A stretch of 64,000 bases of DNA from Raja brachyura (lineage: Eukaryota). The translations under genes and the position numbers were made by a program. The notes beneath the pieces were generated by a model. The model did no database searches and was not told where the DNA came from. It worked only from the letters and a program-made list of their open reading frames with translations. Position 1 is the stretch's first letter. Each line of letters begins with the position of its first letter. Shown here one piece after another: positions 9,906 to 22,434 of the stretch. Location of the stretch: positions 21,018,001 to 21,082,000 of the forward strand of contig OY740807.1 in NCBI GenBank assembly GCA_963514005.1. Direction: 5' to 3'.

Positions 9906-11446
9906 GATCGTGACAGAATTCCAATGGAACTGGATCTCGGACTTGTATCCACTAAATGGTATTTACATGGAATACCGAAATAAAAATAAACTCGGAGAGA
10001 CTCAGCAAGCCAGGCATTTTCCGTGGAAAGAAATTAATGTTTCAGGCTGTGACATCAGAAAGGACTTTGATCTGAAATGCTAACTCTCTCTTTCCACAGC
10101 TGCAGCCTGATCTGCTGACAATTTTACAATGTTTTCTGTTTTAGTTCAATTTTCCTGGGATTCTGTAGAAGAGTCTTCCATCTGAAATATTAACAATTTC
10201 TCTCACCACGGATGCTGCTGATTTTCTGAGTATTTCTAGTATTCTGTGTTCTCATTTAATCCCTGTAGGAATATATACCTTTTTACTGCCATTACTGCAC
10301 AGATATTTTACAATTCAATTGTCACATTGACTGAAGTTCATCTGTCTTTTCAAAATGCTACTGAAAATGATTTTGTAGCTTGTCTTAAGTATTGATCTGG
10401 AGACTATTGAAATGTGATCTGAAACACTTGGTTATATTTCATAGCCTTGGACATTGCTGCAACTCTGTAACAAAGACGGCAGTTATATCAGTTAGATGTA
10501 GTTTTTGAATTTCTCTCATTCTTTGTTGCTATTTTGGTTAACTCAGAAATTCTACATGTACATTTGAATGTAGATGGTTGCATAATCAACAGCTTTGACT
10601 GAATTATTCATCTGGCAGTGTTCACAAAAACATATGCTGTAAGACACGAACCCAAAAGATACCGATTGCAATGCAAGATTTAGTTCTTGAACCGAATGGT
10701 ATATTTTCTAATAGTCTTCTGGTTCTTTGTATGAAACTTGGGACATTTATAACAGCTTTTGATTATTAACAACTTTCAATTTCTGCATAACATCTTTAAC
10801 AAGATTTCTCATTTGCATGGTATCAAACATGCTGCCATGGTGCCATATTCTTCTGGCCCGATCAAGAGTATTTCTTTCTTACACTTGCATTTCATGACAT
10901 TCATGACATCATCTTCTTGTTCAGATGCTTGCATTTATTTTTGCAATGTAGGAGCTGTTTGGTCCTTGGGCTCAGCCATACAAACAGCCTCACTGCTATT
11001 ACACATTGATATGACTAAACTTGATGGCCAGTGATAATTCCTCACTGCTGTGCATGCTATTGTGGCTTGCTATGTTTCACCCAAAGGCATTCTACAAATG
11101 AAATCAAAATTCAAAATCAATATGATGCTACAAATTCAATTAAAGCATATCAAGCTAAAACCATTGGTGTAATGGTTTATTTGTGAGGCAACACTCTAAC
11201 AGTGTTTACAAGTAATACCACGATTGGTAACTACTTCTTCATCTAAAGTATCAACTGAATGGATACCTTAGATGACTGAACCAGAGAGCTGGCACCAACA
11301 CTCATAGCCTACTATGGCATTGGAGTGTGGAGTCTATATCAGTACAAACCATGCAGATGCCCACAATTGAAACTCATCTTCAATGTCGATTTCTGTTCTG
11401 TGCTCAATAATGTTAGTGTTCTTGGGTTTGGTATAACATGATGTAC

Positions 11447-11960
11447 ATTTAGAAAGGAGATGAGGATGAATTTCTTTACTGAGCGTGTGTCAAATCTGTG
11501 GAATTCATTGCCACAGATGGCTGTGGAGGCCAAGTCATTGGGTATTATTAAAGCAGAGATGGGCAGCTTTTTGATTAGTAAGGGTGTCAGGGGTTACGGG
11601 GAGAAGGCAGGAAAATGGGGTTGAGAGGAAAAGATAGATCAGTCGTGATTGAATATCTGAGTAGACTTGATGGGTTGAATGGCCTAATTTTGCTCCTATG
11701 ACTTACGGACATCAACTTTAGTGGCCTAAGAACATGAGAAACCGGAACAAGAGTAAACCATATGTCCTCTTGAGAATGTTTAGATTGCTGTCTGGCTTCA
11801 GTTCCACTTTCTAGGCAATACCCTTTAACCATTCACTCAACTGTAGACTAAACATGTATTTCTTGGACTTAAATATATTCACTTAAAGTGACTGCCTCCA
11901 CAGCTCTCTGGAGTAGAGAATTTCAGATTCACATATCTGTGGAAAGATTCCTCCTCCCTA
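11447..11960. mobile_element. Two older CR1 LINE 3' ends arranged tail-to-tail (11447-11710 plus, about 11730-11960 minus)
   Basis: aatctgtggaattcattgccacag..gctgtggaggc on the plus strand; gcctccacagctctctggagtagagaatttc on the minus strand. Confidence 0.7.
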
Positions 11961-12769
11961 GTTGAAGACCTGATGACTAGAGAGGCAAATAAGAGAATCC
12001 ATATTTAATCTTACGTTTTCTTGGCTATTTTAATTTTTCGTTTTAAGGATAGCACTTTCGTTGGATTTTTATCTTGGGCCGCCCAATGTCTCCCCCATAT
12101 GAGATTAAAAAAAACCTAAAAAGGCTGTGGTGCTGAACACTGTGTGACTGTGAAAGAAAATACAGATAGCTTGAATTCTGACAGTCAGTGGATAAGAGGG
12201 CTGCTGGATGCGCAGGAAGTCAATTACGAGTGCAAGTATGCTGGCGGTGAAAGTACACAAACATGCTGGAGAAACTCAGCGGGTGGAGCAGCTGCACCCG
12301 CTGGGTTTCTCCAGCATTTTTGTGATGCTGCTGCACCCGCTGAGTTTCTCCAGCATTTTTGTGTACCTTCGATTTTCCAGCATCTGCAGTTCCTTCTTAA
12401 CTGGTGGTGAAAGACTGCTCGAGGAGCCAAGTGGCTGCTGGAGATGCAGGATAGCTGGAGATGTTAAGAAGACTGCTGGAGATGGTGGTGTTGCAGCAAA
12501 ATAGGGGGAGGGGATGTTGCTGAAGGTATAGAATAGCTGCTGCAAGTTGTAAGAGTTGGTCGGGTGGGACAGGCGGCCAGGATATGTAAGGAAGCCGGCC
12601 AGAAGGGCATACCGGTTATTGGAGGCGAGGATAGTTGTTGGCGATACATGCAAGCTGGTTGGAGTTAGTGTGGCACAAGCCGTCTTCTGGAGGCGGAGGA
12701 TCACTGCTGGAATAGGGATAGGTTACTGGTAGTGATAGCTCGCTGTTGGAGGTGCGGGAGTGCTGCTGG

Positions 12770-13270
12770 AGCCGAAGATAAGCGCATAGCAGCGGGCAAA
12801 GAGCTCCTATAGTATCTTTGGCAGCGTGCGGGCGGGCGAGTGAGTGAGTGAGCTCCTCCAGCGCCGTTGCTTGGGCTTGTCCGGTGCCTGCGTCGGTCCC
12901 TCCCACTCCGCCGCCGCCGCCGCCGCCCACATCCGGCTCGGCCTCCCGGGGACCGCTTCGCCCAGGACACCGCGCTCCTCCTGCCCGGCTCCAGCACCTT
13001 TCTCCGTCTGTCCGGATCCCGGCTTCCACAGGTCGGTGTGGTGTCTCTCAAAACCTGCCTGTCTCCCCCAGCTCGGTACCCGCTTTCAGGCCCCAGCTGC
13101 CCGGAGGCCTCGCTGTTTCCTGCCGGGCTCCGCCCAGCCTCGGGCCGGCCGGCCGGATAGATAGATCTCCATTCTCCCCTGGCCGAGTCTTCCTTGCCAC
13201 CGTTCGGGCAACGTTAGCTCAGTCAGTGCGGCCTATACCCCCCGGGGCAGCCGTGCCATCGCTTCGCCTG
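12770..13270 (+). promoter_or_regulatory. CpG island; probable AP2B1 promoter and non-coding exon 1 (candidate donor cag|gtcggt after 13031)
   Basis: Very GC/CpG-rich, with (CCG)6 at 12908-12925. The ATG exon at 19391 has a strong acceptor, so an upstream exon is required, and vertebrate AP2B1 has a non-coding first exon. Confidence 0.7.
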
Positions 13271-14779
13271 CGGTGCCAGATTCACTCCCACTTCACGTTA
13301 TTGATGAATAACGACCGGCACATGAATGGCTTTCAACAGTTAATTTGTCCGAGTGGTGTTGATGCCACCATTTATTGTAATTTTAGTGGCGGGGAATCAC
13401 TTTGCCCCCATCCTTTCTTCTTGGTTGCAGCAAAGGGACGATGCTGAGTTGTCCAGATCACCCTCTGTTTAGCTGGAGGTTTAGGTGCCGGTGTCCTGTT
13501 GGCGGCATGTGTGATACTGGTGCAGTTTCCTGGGTGCATGTCAATTACAGCTGTTGCGAGGTCTTGTGGAAGTGTGATGAATGAGCAGAAAAACAGGGAC
13601 CACAAACTATTGCTCAACAGAGTTGATGTCAATACTCTGATGGTAAAATAATTGTTTCTTGGGTGTGCAATCTTCAGTGGTGCGATTGCAGGTTGAGTTG
13701 CGTGCTTGTGATAGGGCACTGCCGGCTATTGTCGTAACATTATTTCATAGTTAAATAGGTTCTAGGGATAATTAACCCACTCTGGTTCAAATTGTGAAAT
13801 AATCTGTGGGTGAAGAGCCCCCTTCCCTACAAATACAACCTAGTAGATAAAAGTACAGCAGTATGAAATGAAGAACACAATTTGAATGCCAAATTTGAGG
13901 TGTTAATTCGTTAAAAGTGTCACATATGGCTTATTCACATAGTTGACCACTATAGACGGGTAAAAAAAGAGATGAACATTGAACATTCTGAAGTTGAACA
14001 GTTTAGAAAGTTGGAATGGTCAATGGAGGGGAGGGGGGGGGGGCTTTGTACTTGGAAATGGTTATTAAGAAAGGGTTGTCATCTTCAGGAGACTTGTCAA
14101 TAAGTATGTATTAAAAGCTTTGTGAGGTCTAAAACACACAGAGTTTGCACTATTCCAGTATAATCACTGAAGCATTGGCAAAGCTGAATGAGTCAATGCC
14201 ATATTACAATGGTATTTACATCAGCTGCAAGATCAGTTTGCTTTAAACTGTTCAGGTCACCAGAGAGAGGTGATTTCAACTGCAGAACAACTGGTTGTTG
14301 GTCTTGCCCTTGATGCTGCTGGTGAGAGTCACTGAGAGTAAACTGAGATTCGCAGGACATCTTTACAATGTCGCATTATACCAAAACTACTAACTTGAGT
14401 CTACATTTATGTTGGCCTGAAGAAATAAGAATATCCCAAGTAGTTCTGTGAGAGTGCAAAAAAAACTGAAGATAGAAGATCCTTTGAGAAATATAGCACT
14501 CATTTGAGTTTACTATTTATTTCCTGCACTTGAATTGTAATTCCTTCATTATTGCCTGATCCCATGGTGAAATACAGTTGCAAGTAAAGGATCAATTTGT
14601 GTTTAAGTATTGAGAGTAAAATTATTGGTTTTGTGGCATACATCGGTTCACTTTTTAAAAGAGGTGATATTGCAGAAATTTGAGTACCTTTTTGCATAAG
14701 CAGTTTTGCATTGATGTTAATTGTGAATTGTCTAGCATGTTCAGCCTATTTGGATTATTGAGCAGTTTTTGCAAAAACT

Positions 14780-15610
14780 CTTTCATGCGGTGTGGATGGA
14801 AAAGTCAGCATTTGTTTACCAATCTCAAAGTCTGCCTGAACTCTGGAGACTGTTATGATTCAGCCACATTGGTGGACCTGGAGTCAAATATGGGCCACAT
14901 GAGGAGGTGATGTCAAATTTCCTTCCCTGAAGCACATTGGTGTAGTTTCATGATGTAGGTCATCATTACTGACCATAGATATTAATGCCGGATCTCTTCA
15001 ATTACTTGAACTTAAATTCCACAATTGTCAGATGAGATTTGAACTCTTTCCTCTGGTCGAGAACTCTGACTGCTAGTTCGATAACTTAATTACTCAGTTA
15101 CCATATTTATAAATGTCTTTAATATAAGGAGATAATGCTTATTATTTTTCTTCAGAAGCCTGCAAATAGAAATATTACCAGTTGTTTCTCCTTTGTGTTG
15201 ATTCCTTGAAAGAAATTCCTTCCTTCAGGTGTAGACCCCTTGTAGGCCTGGTAGAGAGGCCTGGTAGTCAGATTACTGGGCTAGCAATTGTAGTTCTGGG
15301 CTATTGATCCAGAAACATGAGTTCAATTCCCAGTATGACAGATAGGCTGCTTAGCTTCAAATTATTAACTAAATTTGAATCGGGTAAATGTAGATTCCTC
15401 AATAGTGACAACCAAAAATTAACTGCTTTCCAGTAAAAACCCACTTGTTTCACTAAGCCCTTTCGTTGAAGGAAAACTGATAAGCTCGCCTGGTCATTTG
15501 TGACTGCAAAACCAAAAATGTTGATGCTAAACTAGCTCTGCAGCTTAGGGGCAAATAAGAGTGGATGACAAATCTAATATTTGCTAGTAACAGCCACATC
15601 ACATGAACTA
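14780..15610. mobile_element. Two ancient chondrichthyan SINE copies head-to-head (about 14780-15105 minus, about 15265-15610 plus)
   Basis: tRNA-like B-box gagttcaattccc and its inverse gatttgaactc, plus the body motif atttccttccctgaag. Heavily diverged. Confidence 0.55.
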
Positions 15611-17149
15611 GTAAATAAAGAGAAAAGCTGATGATGATATAATGATCTATATGCCAATGAGCTGACTTCACTGGGTGAAGTTAGCCTCTTTTTAGTTGCA
15701 GTGGAGTGTAAACTGGCTATTAGTATTTTCGAGTACTGAAATATATTTCTCCTTATGGAGGCTCTAGTCTGGATCTTATAGATAGTTAAATTAACAAATG
15801 CTTATGAGGGAGCAAATTTCCACTGCACCGTATCGTAGGTGAATCCAGAGGTACCTTGCAATGGGACTGATCTTCTACGTACAGTAATAGTAATGAATAA
15901 TCTGGTAATAATGCTAAAGGCTGCAAAGTGAAGTTCCGAGGTGAGCAAGGGACCCACAGAATAAAATGTAGTATTACATCAAAGCAGCATTCATTTTTTT
16001 CCCCCAATATCCTGGAAATCAGAGATCATAATAGTAAGCCAGCAAAATGAGTCATATTTACATGTATTGTGACAGTTAAGTAAGTGAATTCTATCCTCCC
16101 AACCAACTGAAACATGCAGATTCCACTGTTCACCTTAGTGTTTTTCGCATCTGAAGGAACATTGTTTTGACAGAGGAGTAAAAAAGAGCAGATACATTAG
16201 AGCAAAAAACATAGTAGATTCATGGACTAGGCATCAGCCATAAGGTTTTGGAATAGGTGGATCACTACTGTGATGATTGTTTGATTGCACAAATGAATAA
16301 TCAGTCTTCATCTTGAACCATGCACTTTAATACTTCAGGAAAAAAAAAAATCTGCTGGAGGAGTACATTTGGCATCTGATGTAGAGTCGCAGGACAAAAC
16401 GTTAGCCATTTCTTTGCCTCCATGCCACGGTCTGAAAAATGGTCTGAAACGTTGCCTACTCCTTTTCTCCAGAGATGCTGTCTGACCGCTGAGTTATTCC
16501 AGCTTTTTGTGTCTATCTGCTGCCTGACCTGCTGGGTTTCTACAGTTTTTTTTTTTGCTCTGGTTTCCAGCATCTGCAGACTATTGTATGTTCAGCGTGA
16601 CATTTAGTTCTGATTCCTTGCATAAGCCCAGCCTTAGCTTTATGTGTTCTGAAAGGACTGCATCCCTTTTTGCGATGATCTAGATCTCCTCAAACCACCT
16701 GGAGTTTTTGATGATTGCAGATCATGTTGGAGCTGCAGTCTAGCATCAGAGATCCAGGTTAATTCTGCACTTGTAATTGAGTTTGGGATTCTAAAATAGC
16801 ATACAGAAACGTAATTGTATTGTGTTATACCTTACTTAAAGTATAAGTTCCTTCACTGCAAATATTCCATATTAATGTTTGGAATGAAATTTGTCTATGA
16901 AGCTGTTGATTATTGACATGATCCTTGCATCTGCACTATCTCATTTTGCACTACATTCCTGTCTCTTTGTTCTCCACTCAACATGGAAAATAATCTGTTT
17001 TAATCTTCTCTCTCCTCATAACACCTATCTAATTTTGCTCTGATCTTCACTAATGTAGGGATAGCCTTTACACTAGAACTGTTGCTTTGTTAAAATCTAG
17101 CTGGTTTACCGATGTGCTTCAATCTTGGGATCTGTTGCACTAATTCATA

Positions 17150-17465
17150 GTGTCATACAGCAAGGAACTTGTGGCCGATCGAGTCTATGCCCTTCATCAA
17201 CCACCCAATCCCACTTTTTCATTTCTCCCCCACATTCTCACCATCTCCCTCCAGATTCTACCACTCATATAAGCAGTAAGAGCAATTTACAGCAGCATGT
17301 TAACTTCTCAACCTGCATGCCTTTGTAGGAGAAAACTGGAGCTTAGGGAGGAAACCCGTGTGAGGGAACAGGAAAACGTGCAATCCCCACACAGGACCTG
17401 GGGTTCAATTGATCCAGGGTCCTGGTGCTGTGCGACAATGGCTTTACTACATGTGCCACTGTCCT
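17150..17465 (-). mobile_element. tRNA-derived HE1/V-SINE-type SINE
   Basis: Reverse complement of the family seen at 50695 (head gtggcac..gtag, V-domain ggtttcctcc). Confidence 0.65.
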
Positions 17466-18659
17466 GTCTGGTCTTGGCCTACTTGTATTTCACCAATCCA
17501 TGACTGACTCATTCCATCAGACATGGCCCAGCAAATCCCAGTAATGATAATTGCTACCTAAGAAGTTACTCCAACATTCCCTTCTCAGGGCAAGTCAGTA
17601 TGGGCACAAAAATATCTGTTGAAATCAGCCTCATCCCAAAAACATAAGCAGAAAATAAATTACATTGCAATGAGAGTAAAGTGAACATGTCTAGAGTTAT
17701 TTGAACAAACAATAGAAAATATCTAACTAAATATCTAATAGAAAAGTCTAACTGAGCTTAAACATCTGGCGTACGACAGCATGGGTCGTAAATATTTTAG
17801 ATGTTTTGGAAACGAGTGGGAGAGCAGGCAACACCTCCAAAAGACATAGGGGTTGACGAACAGTAAACTGATAGTTTACTGATCATGCCTACTATGTTCT
17901 GTTGTGCTGAAGCAAAGCAAGAATTTCATTGTCCTATCAAGGGCACATGACAATAAGCTCTCTTGAATCTAGTTATTAGATTTTTACAATATCTCAGAAT
18001 GCCTAACAGGAAGTTACGAAACAGCACACAAACAGCAACGCATTTTCAACCTTGCTCAGGGGAGTATTTTTAGGAATGAAACGGTGTGATCGGGTTCCAT
18101 TCGTGCCATCATGTGCATGCAAAATTCTTTGTTCATTGGTTTTGCATAGCCAAAAATATCACTCTTTCACAGTTCAGTTTGATAAATTAATAGCAGAAGA
18201 TGATTCATTGCAGTTACTTCAAAATCAGTTCTTATTTTTTTTAAAGAATCCTGGGGAAATACTTTGGGGAGCTTAAACACTATGAAATATGAGTGTGGAA
18301 TGATGGAACAGTATTTTTTGCAAACTCTGTGTCTTGTGAGTGGTGTCAAAATGCTCTCAAGCCAAGTCAGACACAGCATAACAAGCAGACGAGTCAGACT
18401 CCCTGTAGTAATGTTGGATATTTGTCTCGGCTGCAACAGAGCTGAAGGTTTCCCCCATCTGCTCTGTACCAGTGGGAAATGTAGAAAGCCGGCTTCCCAC
18501 CAACCACCATTCAGTTCTTTCAGTTGTCTGCTGTTGGTTTAGGATAAATAATTTAGATTTGGGGTGGGCTTTGCCACTGATCATTTTGCACCAATTGTAA
18601 TGGATTTAAGTCTGGCATTCCTTATAATATTTAAAAGCAGAAGCCATTTTTATTTATAG

Positions 18660-19170
18660 TATGTGTAGGAAAGAACTGCAGATGTTGGTTTAAATGAAGG
18701 TAGACACAAAATGCTGGTGTAACTCAGCGGGACAGGCAGCATCTCTGGAGAGAAGGAATGGTTGACGTTTCGGGTTCAGATCCTTCTTCAGACTGATGTC
18801 AGGGAGGGGGTGGGACAAATATAGGATGTAGTCGGAGACAGTAAGACTAGTGGGAGAACTGGGAAGGGGAGGGGATGGAGAGAGAAAACAAGGGCGATCT
18901 GAAGTTAGAGAAGTCAATGTTCATACCTTTGGGGTGTAAACTACTCAAGCAAAATATGAGGTGCTGTTCCTTGAATTTGCGCTGGGCCTCACTCTGACAA
19001 TGGAGGAGACCCAGGACAGAAAGGTCAGAATGGAAGGGGGAGCTGAAGATCTGAGCCACCGGGAGATCAGGTAGGTTAAGACGGACTGAGCGGAGGTGTC
19101 CGACCTGAAACGTCCTTCTCTCCAGAGGTGCTGCCTGTCCCGCTGAGTTACTCCAGCATTTTGCGTCTAT
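18660..19170 (-). mobile_element. Penelope-like element 3' part with inverted terminal repeat and hammerhead core
   Basis: Minus-strand ORF HSDLSVLGLLHCQSEAQRKFKEQHLIFCLSSLHPKGMNIDFSNF (GIY-YIG C-terminal part). Core ctgaagaaggatctgaacccgaaacgtc at 18791-18764; inverted repeat at 19100-19170. Confidence 0.85.
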
Positions 19171-19412
19171 CTTTTATTTATAGGATGTTGTGCAACAACA
19201 TTTGTCAATCTTTACAAAATTTGTCAATCTTTACACAATTAGTTTTTGCTGATATTGCTGAAATGCTCCTACATATTAAAATTGGTTGGAACTGCCCAAC
19301 ACTGATGCACTAGATAATAATTGTTTTAGAAAAATGTTGGAAAGGAAAGCAGTCCTAAAATGTATCTTTTCTTTCTTTTGTTCTTTGCAGGAAGCTTTCA
19401 AATACTCCCACC

Positions 19413-19449
19413 ATGACCGACTCCAAGTATTTCACAACAAATAAAAAAG
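19413..19449 (+). CDS. AP2B1: AP2B1 first coding exon (exon starts at 19391)
   Basis: ccaccATG Kozak context; MTDSKYFTTNKKG (beta2 has TTNKK where beta1 has TTTKK); 37 coding nt; donor gtgggt. Confidence 0.96.
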
Positions 19450-21236
19450 GTGGGTTTTCCTGCATGTACCTCCATGTTGGCTTATTGTGAGTGACACATG
19501 CAATGTGGTGAAATGCCAGCGCACATTGGTAACGGCTGTTATTAAGCTATGAAGTAGCCATATGCAACATGTATGTGTGTGTAGCATCATGGAGAGCTGA
19601 GGTACAGGTTATTAGTGTGATTCTCAGGGCAATCCGTTTCCATATCAACCAGACAATCAGTGAGGTGTAAGGGAATTGTAGAGTCGATGGAATTAACTTT
19701 CAAACTATTCAGGGTTGAGTGAGTAGAAAGAAGCACTGAAGAAGGTGAGTTTAAGGGTGAGTTTATGTCTTTGACATTTTAAAGTTTATAACAGTGAATA
19801 TGTAAAGATACAGGGTAGGGAGCACTTTTTGAGAAAGTCCATATCTCCAGCATGGGTTTAGATCAATTATTCAATGGAGTTTGATTCTAATGCATAGAGA
19901 TAACATTTGTTTTCCAAATATCAATGATGAAAATTGAGTCATGTTGAATGATATATTAAGGTGTTCATTGCCAATGAAAATCTTTGCAGTGCCCTGGAAC
20001 TTTATGATTATTAACTATAACCTCAAGTTTTATTAAAACTATATTGCCCCAGAGGCGCTTTTACTACTTTATCATAAGGGCTTTAGGAAACCGGTTTCTC
20101 AATATCATTGGGCTCTGGCCTTGTTTTTACAATACTGAATATTTATTAATAGTATATCAGCGTCATTAGTATATGACCGGGAAGAATGCACAGTATTGGT
20201 TTTCTGATTGAAAAGGAAATATGCCATGGTGTCAGGTACCATGCTGTCATGTTTGACCTTTGAGGATGTTGATGGTGCCCAATTACAAATCAATATTCGA
20301 CTTCCCGCAATGCATGTTTCAGGGAATGAATGTCTTCCTTGAGAGGATTTAACCTATTAATTACATTGAATTGTGTGACCATTGTTTAGTTCCCCATTAC
20401 TACATTTTTGAGCTATACCATTGAACATAAATACTATGCCCGCAAGAGCAGGCCATAGCCTGGGAATTTTGTGCCATATCTTGCCATATTGCGCGCAAAA
20501 GGATTTCCACTGTGTGTATAACAAAGGTCCAGAATAAAATGAAATGCTGTGCCCTGGTTGAATGCAACACTGACATCACTCGATGTGCAACACCTCAGTG
20601 ACAAAGTAGCTCACTTGATTGGTACCCAGTCCATCACCCATTCATTGTCTCCCATCACAGATGCACTGTGTACCATCTGCAATATCCACTGCAGTTACTT
20701 GTCAATGGTATTTAGACAGCACCACCTAAACCACTATCCCTTCCTTCCAAGAAAGACAAAGCAGCATCACGATGCGTATGCCAGCAGCTGCAATTTCCCC
20801 TCTAAAAGTTCCTTCATCAAATCTGGGTAAACATGAGCTCTCTACCCAAGGCACTATGGGAGAATCTTTACCAAAAGGCCCTAAATAATTCTAAAATGTA
20901 ACATTCTGCTCACTTTGAGGAGAATTGGGGAAGGTCAATAAATGTTGTCCCTTTGTGTATGCCCTCACCCTGCAAGTTAATAAAAAATTACAAATGGACT
21001 TTGGAGAGGAGTGTCATTTAAGACCAAGGTTTCTGCTCGATATGTGCTCAAGGACTGCTGCTCTATATTATTGCGGTTAGTTTGACAAGCTTGGCTGTGA
21101 AATTGCATAATAATTAGTTTATCATCTCTTCGACTGTCGTTTCTAGGTGTTGCTCATGCGGCTAAGAAAGAAAATAAAAAGCCTCTTCTTGCTGTGATCA
21201 AGAGGTTCAAAAAAAGCTTCTTCCCAAAAACCATCA

Positions 21237-21607
21237 AGGGCCTGTCCCACTTATGCGACTTTACAGGCGACTGCCGGCACCCGTGATAGGTCGCCAAAAT
21301 GTTCAACATGTTGAAAGTTCAGAGGCGACCAGAAAGACGCTACGACTATTTGGAGACCTCTCACGGCAATAGGAGACCTCTCACAACCATACAGGCGACC
21401 CCTGACGACATGTTGCGTGTGACCTCAAACGACCATAGACCATACAGCCAGTATGGTCGTGAGACGTCTCCTATGGTCGTGAGAGCTCTCCAAAGAGTCG
21501 TAGCGTCTTTCTGATCGCCGCTGAATTATCAACATGTTGAAAATTTCAGCGACCTATCACATGCGCCGGCAGTTGCCTGTATAGGTCGCGAAAGTGGGAC
21601 AGGCCCT
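21237..21607. mobile_element. PIF/Harbinger-type MITE, almost fully palindromic
   Basis: TIR agggcctgtcccactt..aagtgggacaggccct, with about 160-bp inverted arms and a 3-bp TSD-like flank tca/tta. Inserted in a LINE 3' remnant. Confidence 0.85.
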
Positions 21608-21869
21608 TTATGCTGTTGAACATGACACAACACTAACTGATGAACAATAGAATATCTTGGGTTGCATTAAGAACTTTGGGCTTTTTTTGCACTATTGCTG
21701 GAGTTCTTCATTTAGTTAAATGTTGTTTTTCATGTGTTTTCTATGTGTATTGTGTTACAAGCCTGTGATGGTGCCGTAAGTAAGAATTCCGTCGGCATGC
21801 ATATGACATTCTTGACTAAGCTATGATGTTAGCTGCTCTGGTTAATTCCTTTTATCTTCAATGTTGCAG

Positions 21870-21975
21870 GCGAGATATTCGAGTTGAAGGCTGAGCTTAA
21901 TAATGAGAAGAAGGAGAAAAGAAAGGAAGCAGTAAAGAAAGTTATTGCTGCTATGACTGTTGGCAAAGATGTGAG
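21870..21975 (+). CDS. AP2B1: AP2B1 coding exon 2
   Basis: [34 protein letters not shown]; 106 nt; AG/GT boundaries. Confidence 0.97.
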
Positions 21976-22434
21976 GTGAGGACATAGGAAAATATGGAGT
22001 CTTCAATGCACACTTTTGTTGGGTTCTCTGAAAAAAATTATGTTAACTGGGGTGAAGACATGTTAGATAAGTTATGCATTTCCTTATTTAATCAGAATGG
22101 GAAATGAGGAGAGAGGAAATTATGTAATTTGATTGTCAGCTTGATAGTCACTTCCTGTTCTACCAGCAGCCTTTCCTTCAGCTTTAATCTGAATATTTGC
22201 ACGGCTTATTCCACGGCAAAAGTCTGGGAGTTGTTTTTAAATTTCTGTGTCAATTTGAGTGTACTGTTAATTCATTGCAGTGTGTACATGCTGCTAAATT
22301 ATTTGTCAAAATTCTGAACTAAATTTCATTTTGCAGTCTCATCTTGCAGCAAGGGTCTGTTCATGCATACCTCGATTGGCAAGGTTTACAGGGAGATGGC
22401 CCAAACACAGGCAAATGGGATTAGCTCAGTTATC

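Noticed and set aside
12616-13447. Several overlapping 100-200 codon ORFs on both strands
   Set aside because: These are a by-product of the GC-rich CpG island (few stop codons); low-complexity Pro/Gly/Arg translations with no recognisable domain.
16915-17020. ttaatcttctct resembles the U6-antisense guide of SNORD7, which lies next to PEX12 in human
   Set aside because: It is not followed by a D box (ctcc instead of ctga) and there is no C box upstream. No convincing SNORD7 was seen anywhere in the window.
17861-17881. Perfect 9-bp hairpin cagtaaact-gat-agtttactg
   Set aside because: Short, and sits at a LINE-tail junction; most likely an integration scar.
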